A stretch of 64,000 nt of DNA from Mytilus edulis (taxonomy: Eukaryota), in assembly GCF_963676685.1 (NCBI RefSeq), contig NC_092352.1, forward strand, positions 67,208,001 through 67,272,000, read 5' to 3'. Shown here one piece after another: positions 38,701 to 52,900 of the stretch. The position numbers were made by a program, and so were the translations under genes. A model generated the notes under the pieces. It ran no database searches, was not told the DNA's origin, and saw only the letters and a list, made by a program, of their open reading frames with translations. Each line of letters begins with the position of its first letter. Positions within the stretch are counted from its first letter, which is position 1.

Positions 38701-39296
38701 GTTTCAGAGTTGATAATTTGCATATTAATGATTTAAAGAAACGTTTAATAAAAAAGTTGACATGGTCAATTACATGTATGTCCCTGTTTTGAAACATGTT
38801 TTTATGTAATGATATGTAGTTTACTAAACCGGATAACTTTCATCTCTACTGCCTTAAAATATGTTTGTACGCTTACACAAACAGAAATTAGTAAATCTGT
38901 ATAAATTTAAAATGTCTTTTCAATTTAAACAATAAAATGATCAGCTGAAATACTGAACAAATACTATGGCAGCTATTTGGTGATGTTTGGAAGTTCTATC
39001 AGATAATAGTCAAATCCCTTTTCCATGCACACAGGTTGGAACATGACAATTGAAAGTATTTGATGACAACGCGTATTAAAATTATTAAGACTCTTCATTT
39101 GTCATTTGCATACACTATTGATGTGTCTGTACAGAGAAGTAAAATAGATATTAGTGTTTGAACACAATATAAGTGATGTAAGTTTTTAACAGATGAATTA
39201 CTGATAACAAAAAGTTAAATTCTTACCGTGTGATTTTTCTGCAAATGATAATAATGCAAGAGACAGTCTTAACATGTTAAATGAAATATTCCCCAT
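32779..39296 (-). CDS. Receptor B: type-I membrane protein with two SUEL/RBL-like domains and a Tyr-rich tail, 379 aa
   Basis: Exons: 39227-39296 (MGNISFNMLRLSLALLSFAEKSH), 36987-37265, 36170-36460, 35266-35310, 34797-34872 (GIVVGVIVGILIIIGVVVAYLWFVRR) and 32779-33157. Same phases and exon sizes (70/45/76) as gene A; open 1140-nt CDS. Confidence 0.9.
35724..35811. repeat. 22-bp perfect tandem repeat x4 (AAATGTGTGTCACATTTTGTTT)
   Basis: Four exact copies, each internally palindromic. Confidence 0.95.
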
Positions 39297-39629
39297 ATTT
39301 TAACAGCGTATATTGAACTCTTTCCTTTGCAAGGAAGTAAATGGTCAATTATTTATGACAAATAATAATTATATATCAGTAGTTAAGTGTACACAATCAT
39401 AAATAAACGTAAACTTCCCTTTCATACTCCAACTTTTCTTGATAGCATATACAGAGAGAGATTTTCCTACAATTTTCATAGATGAAATTTTAGATAGCAA
39501 AATGTTTAGTTTTATACATAGATAAATAAGATCGTATGATAAAACAAAGCAATGAATGCGGTTGTTAAATCTGATATATGCTTTTTGTGCTTCTTTGTTA
39601 TATATTTGTTTCTTTTTAATAGTGATTAG

Positions 39630-40453
39630 GGCCGTGTTCACACTGACCTTAATTCGGTGTTGTGTTAGTTTAACTCACACGTAAACTAAACACAATTGCG
39701 TTCCCATTGATAAAACTCAATGTTTACATGTAGTTTAAATCATGTTTTGTCACACACAGTCGATAGTCAATGTAGGCCTTGTGTAGGTTAAGTGTACACA
39801 AAACTAGACATTTAGGACATTAGTTTTACCGTGTATATTTAAGGAGGAAACTATTTTTGAATAAAATTGATATTTTTAACAATTATTAAAAATGTTTGTT
39901 TCACCCTCAGCTGCCGATATATGTACTGCTAAAATTGAAAGAAAAAAAAAATGTTTTCGACTTGTCACCAAAATTTGTCCTGAAAAAAATCTAAAGCCCA
40001 ACCACCCCACACCCTGAGTCAGATTTATCTGAGTCAGATTGTTTTTCGCGCAAACGTTTTATTCCGTTATTTTTGCGATGCTGGTGATCACTTTTTTCTT
40101 TCAATTTTTAACACTATAATGCATGGGGAAACTCTTGATTCAGAATATTGTTTTTATCATCTGTATGACCAGATTTGTTTTTATCAAATTTTGGATCGGA
40201 GTATTTCCATCCCCCCTTTTTGAAGTCCAATGTCGTTCCATTCTTGCTAGAAAAGTTGTATGAAAACTTTGCATTCGGTTCTACGTAATGAACATTTAAA
40301 TGACATATAGCTTACAAGTGTGAACAAATCTTATGTACAGGTAATTAAACAAGGTGTATAGATGTGAACAAATTTTATGTGAAACCAGTGTCCATTACAT
40401 TAAACTAATTGCAAACATGTTTACTGTACACAGCGATTGGTGTGAACACGGCC
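39630..40453. mobile_element. MITE with a 14-bp TIR (GGCCGTGTTCACAC) and 3-bp TSD (TAG), PIF/Harbinger-like
   Basis: TIRs at both ends, each flanked by TAG. It splits a Helitron-like repeat about 330 bp upstream of the gene B ATG. Confidence 0.8.
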
Positions 40454-42155
40454 TAGGTTTATAACACAATGTTGACTGTTGTGCCCCTATTGTTGACATT
40501 TTTACCTATTATGTCTGCTTGTTTTATACACGCATCGTTGTCAATATAATGGAATTTAATAAGACTGTCATAAAAGTGAGAGGTTTCGCTAGCTATAAAA
40601 CCAGGTTTAATCCACCATTTTCTACATAAGATAATACCTGTACCAAGTCAAGAATATGACAGTTGTTATCCATTCGTTTGATGTGTTTGAAATTTAGATT
40701 TTGCAATTTTATTTTGGACTTTCCGTTTTGAGTTTAGTATTTTAGTGATTTTACTTTTCATTTTCTATTGAACATTACATTTTTTGGTTATATTGTTTTG
40801 TCGTATGGAGAGTACATTTCACATTTGACTTTAAAAGCTTTTATTTTTCATTCCTTATCTATATTTTGTAAAGCGGTAAGTTTGTAAGGATGGAGATTCT
40901 TACCATATCTGTCAGTATCTTTGTTCATCCTTTTATCTACGCATTTGTATTTGCAATTGTCCCTAGAACAACTTTAAACAGTGTTATCCTTTTATTCACT
41001 ATGGTAAGGTGGATGTTGGTTTTTTTTATGCGTGTCCAACCGATTTTTTATTTAACTGTGAGTGGGGGTCACAAAAAGAAGGATTTGTATTGTATTCACA
41101 TTTAATAGAATTGAACAAAATAAATAAATGTACAATGTAGTCACATAAACTTTACATTTGACAAATTAGTTTTGTGCTTATCGGATAGCAGATGGCTTTT
41201 GCAGGACTCCCTCCTCCTGCAAATGCATGGCCTATTGATCCAAGTTTCAGATCAGATCCTAGCTTTAGTGCTGTATTTTTGGCACACAGAACAGTAATAT
41301 CCTTCCTCTGTGACGATTAGCCATTTAAAGTCCTGTTCATATTTATCTGCGCTTGCGTGCTTTGTCCGTTGTTGTAATGCTTTTTTCCAATTGCAATACA
41401 TATATCCGCTCTAGGTCACTTATTTGGTCTAGAATTTTCCCTAACACCACCGTCATCTGCCTTTCTTTACCCTGATTAAGAAGAGAAAATATTAAAATTT
41501 GACAATCGGCCATTTTTTGTCAATAAAAACAAATCAGCGAGGCGCGATTAGAGTTAAAATTTTTACGGTGCGAAACCGACAAAATCCGGAATTTGAAAAA
41601 AAAAGCTAGCACCTACTTTAATGGAAAGGTGGTCGGCTTTTAAAAGAAGGTGGTCGACACACCGACCTTTAATGTCAAATGGAAAACTCTGGACTTACCA
41701 GAGACGTGTTCGAAACTTTGAGGGAATTCCACGTATGATGTACTTGCGCACCCATGTTTTCGTCTTCCAGATGATTTACTGTTTTTACTTTATTTCGGGA
41801 GGAAATGAACTTATCTGCAATCGTGATTCACACCCTAAATTACCAATCTGATTATCATTTTCGAAGTCTTTATCATAGAATGACATTTTACTACAACGTT
41901 TGCGGTTCCTGTATCGAAAGGATGGACATTGATTGAGTTAAAAATTCGTTTTGACTCGTAGTTAACAATTTGTAAATCGTCCATTAAAAAAAAACAGAAG
42001 GACGAAAGATACCAGAGGGACAGTCAAACTCATAGATTGAAAATAAACTAATAACGTCATGGATAAAAATTTAAAAAAAAGACAAGCAGACAAATAAGAC
42101 TAAGCAACACAAACCCCACCAAAAACTGGGAGTGATCTCGGGTGCTCCGGAAGGG

Positions 42156-43081
42156 CAGGCGCGTAGCTACGTTTACGTCAAAATGCTCGGGCGTACACTT
42201 GAATTTAAATTAAAAAAATATTTCAAACTAAATAAAATAAAAGGAACTGATTAAAATATCATCGGCCTTGTAATTCTCTTTTGAATGGCTTGTAATTGCA
42301 AATAAAAAGTGATGAAATTTACTTTTGAACCAAATGATTATATATATTATATATTTGTTTTGTCAAAGTAGGAATCTACTGTTATTTATACTTTCTTTCC
42401 TTTGTTCAAAGCAATTCATTATCTGCTGAAATTCGATATGTGGTTTACATTTTTGTCGAGCCTGTGACAGAGCAATCCAAAATTTCGTCGGCGGCGTCAA
42501 TATTTAGTTCAGTATGTGAAAAGTCATGTAAGTAATATCACAAAAATTCTGAACTCTGTGAAAAAATTCAAAACAGAAAGTCCCTATGACTGTTTATGAT
42601 CAAAAGAGTATCAAGAGCAAACTGATGGAATTTTATACGAATATATCATGCTTTCAAGTGGTATTTGCCAAACATACCGCATGTACCGCTTCAGAGGTAA
42701 ACAAATTTCCAGTTACGTTAAACGAATATTTTTTACCTTTCAACCGGTGCTTTTGAACTTTAGCAAAAACTACCTTGACCAAAAACTTTAACCTGAAGTG
42801 CGATAGACGGACGGAGGAACGAATGGACGAACAGACTGAAAAACATAATGCCCATAGGTTGGGCATAAAAAAATTATTCTAAACATTTGCTTAAGTATGT
42901 TACTATAGTTTTTAATGACCGGAATGGTATCTCATTCTGGACAACTCGTTAGTTTTTTGGGGCTTTGCCCCCTCGAACCAACTACCAGCCGTTGCTTTGA
43001 CCTGTACCCACTTGGAATCCTAAGACCCATTGCTTAGGTAGGTTAGGGCATACACGTTAAAATGTCCTAGCTACGCCACTG
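42156..43081. mobile_element. TIR element (CAGGCGCGTAGCTA...TAGCTACGCCACTG) with a 5-bp TSD (AAGGG), inserted in another repeat
   Basis: The host repeat GGTGCTCCGGAAGGG|TAAGCAGATCC is split with AAGGG duplicated; compare the uninterrupted copy at ~32320-32340. Confidence 0.75.
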
Positions 43082-44599
43082 AAGGGTAAGCAGATCCTGC
43101 ACCACACGTAGCACCCGTCGTGTTGCTTATGTTATTACAAATTCGGTAAAAAGGATAATTCGGTAGGTCACATTGTTAACTGTCTCTCCCACTTTAAAAT
43201 CGACATTGACTTTGAATAAGCGATAATTTTTTCTAGCAGTGTAAGACTTGTTATTTGAAATCATGATGGTATTGGTTAAGTATATCTTTCCACTTCTCAA
43301 ATGGATCGAAAAAGTAAAAATAATCTGCTTAACCTCTGTCATCTCGTTTTGTATCTGCAGTTAAGATATGAAACGGATTGAAATACGTCTGTAGTATCAT
43401 TTGTTTAAGTTCGAAAGATTTGACGGATCACACAGTCAATGAACCGCTAATTATTTTGTGAGAGAACATAAATTGGCACAACTTTTTGAAAATTTCAAAC
43501 CCTCATTGCTCTTCAACTTTGAACTTGTTTGGCTTTATAAATATTTTGATATGAGCGTCACTGATGGGTCTTATGTAGACGAAACGCGCGTCTGGTTTTC
43601 GTACCTTTGATATCATCTATATGGCGTTATGTGAATAATAATCTTTGTTGTACACCTTACTGCAATGCCTTTTATGAGTATCGTATCGTATCGTATGTTG
43701 CCGGAACACAGACCTAGCCGTATCGGTGACAGCAGTCTAAATAGGCATTTTTGGTTTCAAGTATTTATATAAGCGAATTGTTGAAAACTTTTTCGTTACA
43801 AGTTGTCTGGTTGGTCCAAATTTGTCAAAATATGGTCAAATTCATGACTGATACATTATTAACTTGCAAGTCAATAATTCAACCTTAATTACTTCGTATT
43901 CATGCAACCGTCACGAAACAACTGTAGATGGAGATGAATAATTCCTTTACCAGGCATACTCAGCTTGCACAAGGAAAAGAATGTCAACATTGAAGGTAAA
44001 CAAGTGTTTACCGTTTCGTTGACAGATTTAATAAACTAAAATTATTATTAAACAGATACACAACATAGTGAATAACATACATTTTTATCTTATAGCATGA
44101 AATCAAACAAACATAAAACTCAAATCTATTTATAGATATAGGAAGATGTGGTATGAGTGCCAATGAGACAACTCTCCATCCAAGTAACAACTTATAAAAG
44201 TAAACTATTATAGGTCAAAGTACGGCCTTAAACATGGTTTATTTCGGCTTAAAGGACCGTTGACAGTCTTCCAAAGTCATGTAAATGGTTATTCAGATGG
44301 CGTCTAGACTAAAATAAACACATAATGCCGATACATATAAATGAGTCTATACATTGTTAATTGCTAATTTGAAAATTATATGAATTCATATAATGAAAAC
44401 TAATGCCGTTTTAATACATTCAGTTATACCGTTCTATATATATATAGTACAATCAAACAAATTATATATGATGAGTTTGTTTACAATCTCTAGGTCTATG
44501 CCAGTACTGGTGAATATTTGTATCCGAGAGTACCACCAGCCAACCTCCTCTATGTATATGGAACGGTCTTTTCTGTAAATATTTTTTTAACAAACAACA

Positions 44600-46100
44600 T
44601 CCATAATTCCTTTGACAGTATTTGACATAACATTGCAGCATTTCCCTGTGTCTAAATAGTATATGATAAAAAAAATATTATGAAAACAATCTGCAGGTCT
44701 ACTATATATGCCCTGTTGATTATTAATACAACAATGTTTTTCTGTCATAATCCCTTATTCATTTATTGTATTATAATTTAATGAGTATGCTTATTCCAAT
44801 GTATTGGCATAATTAGTATGTACAAGTCAGTCTGTTTCGATGGGTTCTGGAACTATAGAATAATCTACCGTATTGGACAATGATCTCTATTTTTGTCTTC
44901 TAGCTCCAGTTTCAATGCTCGATTCTTCCTTATTGACTGTCATGTTCTTATTTGTTTTTTTAAAACTTATTCTTCTGTGTTATTTGGCACAGAATAACGT
45001 ATTCATGTTAACTATTTTTAATCGGGGGTTTTCAGTTATCTCGTTCTAGATAGTGGACAACATCTCATAGTTGGAGTCAAAAAGACTTGGGATGAATTCC
45101 GGTGCTAGCCAAATTTTCATCCTGTTTCCTAAAACTTTGATATAATTTATCAAAACTTTTCGAATCAAGATTTGTAGACAACATCTCATACTTCAAGTTG
45201 GAAGGATTAAACTTTTTTTATTGACTTTCAAAGTAATGTGAACATATGTGTTTAAAAAAGTTACCCGATGGATATGAACTGTTAAATAGATATATCAAAT
45301 GAAAAACTTTTAGTTTAATTTTGAAAGAATTGTGAACTTTTTTTATATCCTTTAACTTCTAATCTATAGATAATATTGCGTTCATCTGGAAATGCTGTTC
45401 TGTCATATCGCGGCTCTTTATAGATAGTTACCATACAGAGATTTTCCACACATTGACAATTGTAATAAAATATTGACCAGAAACTGTCATCCAAGGTGCA
45501 CAGGATATTTTTAGATTTTAATTAAAAAACAAATAACTACAAATATGTATGATTGATGATGTGGTTAGTTGGTTGTAGATTTTGTCATCACGGAAGATAC
45601 ACATATTTATGTCTTACGTTTTATTGTCAATTCAGAACTGACAAACTCAAATCAAATCCTTACGGTTTGATATGTCTGAAAATGACAACATTAGAAAAGA
45701 GGGACGAAAGATACCAAAGGGACAGTCAAACTCATAAATCTAAAACAAACTGACAACGCCATGGCTAAAAATGAAAAAGACAAACAGAAAAACAATAGTA
45801 CACATGACACAACATAGAAAACTAAAGAATAAAGAGTTGTACAAAATAGAATAGAGAGTTGTACAAAATAGAACGTAATACATCCCATTTCAACGTCGTA
45901 AGACATTTTCCTTTACAAGGAAGTTAATGGTTACCTATTCATGTCATAACAATAATACCAGTAGTAAAGTAGACAACATTATAACAATGTATAAATCAAT
46001 TCATAAAATTAAACGTGTAGATACGGATAAGATTTCTCTATAGTTTGTCTAAGTACTTTTGATATTTGTTTCGCTATGCTTTGTCATATCCACATTGTTC
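44600..46100 (-). pseudogene. Collapsed receptor pseudogene (D-type tail exon plus exon-1/promoter relic)
   Basis: Minus-strand fragments PSNLKYEMLSTNLDSKSFDKLYQSFRKQ, DSNYEMLST, TVNKEESSIETG..SLSNTVDYSIVPEP and QQGIYSRP, broken by stops and frameshifts. An exon-1-like MGCITFYFVQLSIL and the family promoter motif at 45908-45924 are present. No lectin or TM exons were found between them. Confidence 0.75.
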
Positions 46101-46992
46101 TATTTATACTCTCTCTCGGTTAAACTTATAAGTTACAGGTCTTCCGGGGTTTTTTTTGTCTTCGTCTTCATCGACAATTTTAAATCTGGTATTTAAATGA
46201 GCGTACCTCAAATAATGTCCAAGATAGCTATGTACGTAATCCAAGCTTCTTCACCGCTTACGGGACTTACTTTCAAATAATATAACGGTTTTATGCGCAT
46301 TACCTAAGATAAATACACAAAATAAAAACCACGATTCTTTTGGTTCATGTCTTAATAATCAACAATAATTCGTTACAAGTAATTTTGTTGCTCCAAATTT
46401 GTCAAAATAAGGTCAAATTCATCGCTGATACATTATTGAATTGCAAGTCAATAATTCAATCTCAATGAAATTCATATTCATTGGACCTGGAGATAAAATT
46501 TCAGTTATTAAAAGATAAATGTTTTCGTGTGTTATAAATCAAATATGAGCATTGAAGTGAATTTTTTAACATAAAATTCAACAACTACTGTGGATTCATT
46601 TATATTCGTTGGATACCATTTTTGTGGATTTCGTGGGCACAGCAGAACAGGAATTTTGAGTTATAAACCAATGATAGGATAGAGTGTATGACAATTTTAA
46701 TACCTTATCAGTAGGTTAGAATTTTCAATAATTTCGTGCCATTCAATACCATAATATTTGACATCAACCATTTAAGGCATACATTTGGAAATGTCATTGT
46801 CACGCTCCAGAAATTAACATATTGATATGGTTGAAAACAATAGTGAATTATGAGTACTAGATCTTAACATCAGTAATTTTCAAATGTTTAAAGAATGAAA
46901 TAAGTTTTCTTTATATGGTTTAATGGCGGATAAGGTTTGCAATGTTAGAGATATGATGTCATATTTGGGGTAATTGCATACATTGTATGTAT

Positions 46993-49900
46993 TCAGTGTT
47001 TTGCTATATCATAATCATCCTCTGTTGTCTGACCAAAGGCATGGTCGTACGTAAGATCGGTGATATTATTCTGTCTACTATGAGAAGCACTGTCATACAC
47101 AGTATCTACAGCTCTACTATATATGCCCTGCTTATAATCTGAGCCGTCATTTTTTCCTGAAACGTCATACTGATCTTCATTAAATGGATAATTGTCTTTT
47201 TCCAATGTTGGTGTATCTTTATCATATTTAGAATCCTTTATTGGTGTAGCCATTTCGTAGTTATATGCATTTAAATGCGTTACAGGACACCCAGCGTCCG
47301 AAGGTTCAAGCACTGTAGAATAGATCGCTAAATTGGAATATGGTCTTATTTGTCCGCTGATTCTGGTTTCGGAGTTTGATTCCTGGTCGTTGACCGTTTT
47401 GCCTTCATTTGTTCCATTATGATCATAGTTTCTTAGTTCATTTGTTGACATTTCAGAATTGCAGTTTGCAGGCATTGCTGTATTTTGATTGCCAATATAA
47501 TCATCACTTTTATCATGACAGTTAGCTATATTATGTATGTCATCTGTGCTTCTTCTGCAATAAAAAACAGAAATGTTTATATCAAGACTGTTTTGATTTA
47601 TTCGCAACTTATGAATCTTATGGACACAGGGCGTGCGCCTTTCTTGTATTTATTTATTAGTTTTTTTTACAATACAGTTCATTAAAACTAATACCAGAAA
47701 ATTATCAAGGGAAACATCTCTCTTCCTTTATACATGTTACATAAGTCTGACTAAATGTGATTCATAATTGTTTGATTTGTTTCTTGCTCTGAAATTGATC
47801 AAATAGTTTTCAATTTGCTGGTAAACAAACAAAAAACAATTACTCAAAGAAAAGTTGCTGAAAGTAAGTGCCTTGTCGAATAGTTTACAAATGATATTTC
47901 TCCAATATGATTTGGTCAAACCTTGTAGATAGTCAACGTTATAATATACGTATTACTGTTTTCTTTTCTATAAATCCGCGGATATTGGGTATGCTTACAA
48001 GCTTTGAGTACATTAAAGATTTACCTTCTAACAAACCACATGTACACTACGACGACTCCAACAATTGTAATCAGTCCAACTGAGACACCGACAGTAACAC
48101 CTACATAAAATAATATATATATGTATATCGAAATCCGGATCTGGTGTACAAAACATATTAACACCTTATGTTTGTGGCATAACATCGTGGCCACAAGTTA
48201 CTTGTTTTCTGTTTAGTATTAAATTTATATTAAGATCCATTTTGTTACATCTTGTGATCAATTTTATTTGGCAATCGCCAATGGCAGTCAGCAGGGTTAA
48301 AGAACATCAGTTGTTCGACCTGTTAGTCAAATGCGTTTTGTTTAAATATACTTTTTCACTTGTTTGGTCTTTTGGAAAATGTTGTTTGTGCTGTATTTAG
48401 ACCCTTCTACAACGAAATTTATTACAGATGCACTCGTATAAAAATTGCGGTTTTTATCCAACGCAATCATAGGTTTGAACGTAGTTTTCAATTTAGACTC
48501 GTTTATATATACATATCCGATGGATACATCTGTTGTAGAGTTGTCACTGACTCAGACGTACTTATAAATATAATTATTTTCTGTGACTGTATATTACATT
48601 AATTTGTAGGATCCTTTACTATAGATAATTTAGCTGATTTGTAACAATAATATCTTCATGCCTTATATATCATGTACTGTAGTACGCCGCTAGATTAAAA
48701 CTGACGAAGAAAGGAAACACACGGCCAGCGAAAGCTTTTTTTTTTAGAGCCCAGGTGGTCGTGTGGTCTAGCGGGACGGCTGCAGTGCAGGCGATTTGGT
48801 GTCACAATATCACAGTAGCATGGGTTCGAATCCCGGCGAGGGAAGAACCAAAAATTTGCGAAAGCAAATTTACAGATCTAACATTGTTGGGTTGATGTTT
48901 AGACGAGTTGTATATATATATATACAAGACTTATTGTCTTTTTATGTTGATTATTTTGTGATTCAGGTTGCTAACATAAGATTGACTTAAAGTGTTCGTT
49001 TGTAAAATTAATGACAGTCTTATTAGCTGTTAAACGTTTTCTGTGCAGACACATTTAAATGAACAATACAAAACATGCAAGAGAACATAGTTTATACTAT
49101 ATTTCATGGCTTAACATAATATGTTATTTTACAATCGATAATTTAGTACCATTTAAATAAACCTGACAGAAAGAATTGTCTATACATACCTTCTACGTTA
49201 CTTTCAACTTGCAATGGGAATACAGTAGGAACTTCAGTAAGATAATTTAATCAAAGTTAAAAATAAGAAATTATTCCAATATTTGTAATTATTTCTTTTT
49301 TGAACTTCAATATTAATGTAACAGATTTTTATTTTCAGTTATGAATAAAAGATTAAACTTAATTACAAATGTGTTACATAGCAAATATCCAAAGCAACGT
49401 TGTTTACTTCTATGTCATCTTGTCTATTGTAGAGAGTTGTTTCATTTACAAGCATAATACATCAGATTTTTTTTATATCATCAAAGGCCCGAAGTAAACT
49501 TGTACTCCAGAAACGTAAAATTTATTTACAATTTACCACTTATTCTATCGAAATATAAATGTTAATTACCAACTAGTAACTCCATCACCTACCATGCGAG
49601 TTTTTCCTCAATTTAAGCGTCACAATCGAATAAAGGACGCAATTATTAAAATTACAAATATTCTGACATATAAGGATATAATACGAAAACTTATCGGCCA
49701 ACCAAATCATGATACGAGAATGGCCGTTACATTTATGCAGTTTGCATTCCATTGATTCTTTTTCATTTTGGTCATTTTTGTGTAAGGACCACATCTCTGC
49801 GTATGACGTTCACATAGTGTTAGCATACACAAGTTGAAGCAGACATACTTGTGTCGGTTGTATTATTTATATGAATCTGCTTACTGTGATATATTAAATA

Positions 49901-52900
49901 CAAGCACTGCATGGGATAAAACACATACAACAATTCACTGAAGTTGGGTTACTTGAGCGACAGAAAATCATCTTTGTATCTGGAAATGAAACTTTCCAAG
50001 AGGATTTTTGTTTTCTTTTCTAGAAAGTTTTGTATGAATGCTACTTTATAAGAGTCAAAACAAAGTCAGTAATTAGGGTTCCACAAAAAGAAACCATTGA
50101 AATACCGAATCTAATCTTTCTATTAGGCAGGGAAGATAGTAAAGTAAATCGATGTAATATCTGTAAGTATTAATATGACTTTCTGCTGAATCAATTCTAT
50201 GCAACTGTTATTCAAAACTGGTATTTCGCAAACTGATGAATACGGCATCGTTTCAACTGACTTAATTTCAATTTTCCTGCTCGTACTGCCACATGCTATT
50301 GACTCCATTTTATAGGGACAAACTGTTTTTGGATTCTTTAGATTGTGGTTATTATTATTTGTACCTGTAATAGAATAATATGTATGTACGTAAATTTTCA
50401 GATTGTAAAACAGATTTAATTTCCCATATCAAATTCATTTTGTGGCATCAAGACTTACTTCCAATTCTAATGACATGAAATGAACGAAACACTATCAACT
50501 TTTCATGCGTCCGGACACTGTAGAGTTTTTGTTAGGTAACATCTTACCATATTCCTGTTGGCTATTTTTAAATATTTGTCAATTGAGTTTTTCAGACAGG
50601 TTTACACATTTATTTAGATTTATTTCTGCTCGATGTTTTGGTGTGGAAGGATTCAACACCCGTCAGATTATTAATATTTATTCAATTTAAGTTTAACCAA
50701 TGGTAGTTCTGCTGTTGTTTTATGTAGTTCGTGAATTATGAGATAAGTATTTTAATTATTACATTTTATTTATACTTTTACTGGTGCTTTTTTTTCTTAA
50801 TCATTCAGACTTCTGCCGACAAATATCCAAAATATGAAACGTATAATTTAGAAGACTTTGTAAACAGTTTTAAAGATATGAAAACATTTCTTTTTATTCC
50901 GGTATTTGCTTTTTAATAAAAACAAGCTAACTCATAGTAATAGCTTTTCTAAAAAAAAACATTAGCCGTCTCTTAGCTGATGAAAGTGGAAATTGTTCCC
51001 GCTTTGTAGATAAATTCATTCAGAATCGAATAGCCTTTCGTATAAATCAATCAATTTTACAAAAGACGTTATTTAGCAGTATACCGTTTAATGTTGGGTG
51101 TCAAAAATGTCCTTATCGTACGCATCCTTCAAAGCATAACATACTGAACTGACATGATATTGTGTGAGAGACCGTTCTTTTATAATGCCAACAGTTTTTT
51201 TGTATTTGAAATGTATGATTTACTTTTATTTCTATTTCTCTCATATAACATTATATTTATAGTAAAAAATGGTCAATAAACCTTAAAACAACTACTAGAA
51301 GTTTGATGTTGATCCTGCTCATTGTTTTAAGTAATGTTAATTTTTTTCTATTAAGATATTATTTTTTACATGTATTCACAACTCTTCTTTATATCATAGC
51401 TAGACTTGGGAGAATTAAAAGCTTAAAATACTGTAATGGCATCTCCATTTTAGAAGACCGTATGTTGAATTTTAGCAGTAAATTGTTTTGTATGTTGTTT
51501 AATTCGGTTGCTGCTGTCTTAATTAATTACGTATCCTTCATATCTCCTTAACACTCATTCATAGAAATTAAGCACTGCCAAAATATGATAGTTTACATGT
51601 ATAATTTGTTAATATTACTTTTACTGTTATGTCTGTTTTCTGTGATAGACATTTGACGTGACTCTGTACTTATGTATCTCATCATACTTTGAACCACACT
51701 ATTATTTTATTTATTATTATTACTTTTACTGTTAAGTCTGTTTTTGTTATATCTATTTTACGTGACTGTATTTATGTATCCCGTCATACTTTGAACGACA
51801 AAATTATTTCATGTCTACCTGTGCGAATTTCAAACGCGCAATTTTACACCAGTACTTAAAACCCTCCTTCCTTTATGGGTGCATTTTACATAGATAAATT
51901 AAATCGTATAATATAAACAAAATGAGGATGTTAAATTTGATGTATGCCTTTTTGTGCTTCTTCGTTACAATTGTTGTTTTATAATGATTTTACTTTTTTT
52001 TTGTAACATCGTTTGAGAGTAATTTTTGTGTTTTATTCTTCTATTCCCCTTTTGGATTTATTTGACGCGCTAGAGAGAGTTAGACAACGTTCAAACCAGC
52101 CCAAACTCTGTTCTAAAGATCAATGGTTTATCCGTGAGCAAATTAAAATTTTGCTTATCGATGTTTTTCAAACCTTTTTCGTATATCCTGTTTTTACCAG
52201 TATACGTATAGCGATAGTAGATCATAGTTAACTGCATATTGCTAGAAAACAAAACAATAGTCTTGTAATCGTTTAAAACCGTTTATAATGTATTACACAT
52301 AGACTAGAAATATGAATACAGGATTTGATCAATTAAAAAATGTTGAAATTATTCATTTGACACTTGATTTCTCTTTTTATGATTTCATAATTGCTTTTAG
52401 GGATTTACCTCGCCTTGGACCTTAAGTTTACACATGTAAGATATGCCTTGCAGAAATACACTTTCTTCCTGTGAATAATATATATCTAAACAGCTGTACT
52501 ATATCTTCATTAAAGTGTTTTAAATATTGATGAAGTCGCTTTGGAGGTTAAAGCCAATTTTTTAATTGAAGTACATTTATATATGTATTTACTTACGAAC
52601 ACAATAGTATTGTATAACTAGTTTCCACGTTTTCTCCGAACTTGAATTTGAAACATTGATCATTTTGTCTGTTAATACACACGAGTTGCGGCCAATACAA
52701 GACGGATAAGACGCTGAGTCCAAGGCTATCATGGTTTCTGTAAGAGCGTCATCTGTTGTACTGCAAGCATCATGCACTTCATGAATTGTAATGTTAATAT
52801 CGTGTATTGTGTTCCCAACTGTACAATTAAGTTCCGTTTGAGAATTTCCACTCCCCAATCTCTCACAGGATAGCCCTTCAATTAAACAAATCAACATATT

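Noticed and set aside
48747-48845. tRNA gene
   Set aside because: A and B boxes are present, but there is no proper cloverleaf and it is embedded in a repeat ending in (TA)n; it is a SINE-like head.
49585-49794. ORF with KCNGH as the missing half of gene C exon 3
   Set aside because: No further cysteine pattern or phase-1 donor matches the paralogues; likely a chance match.
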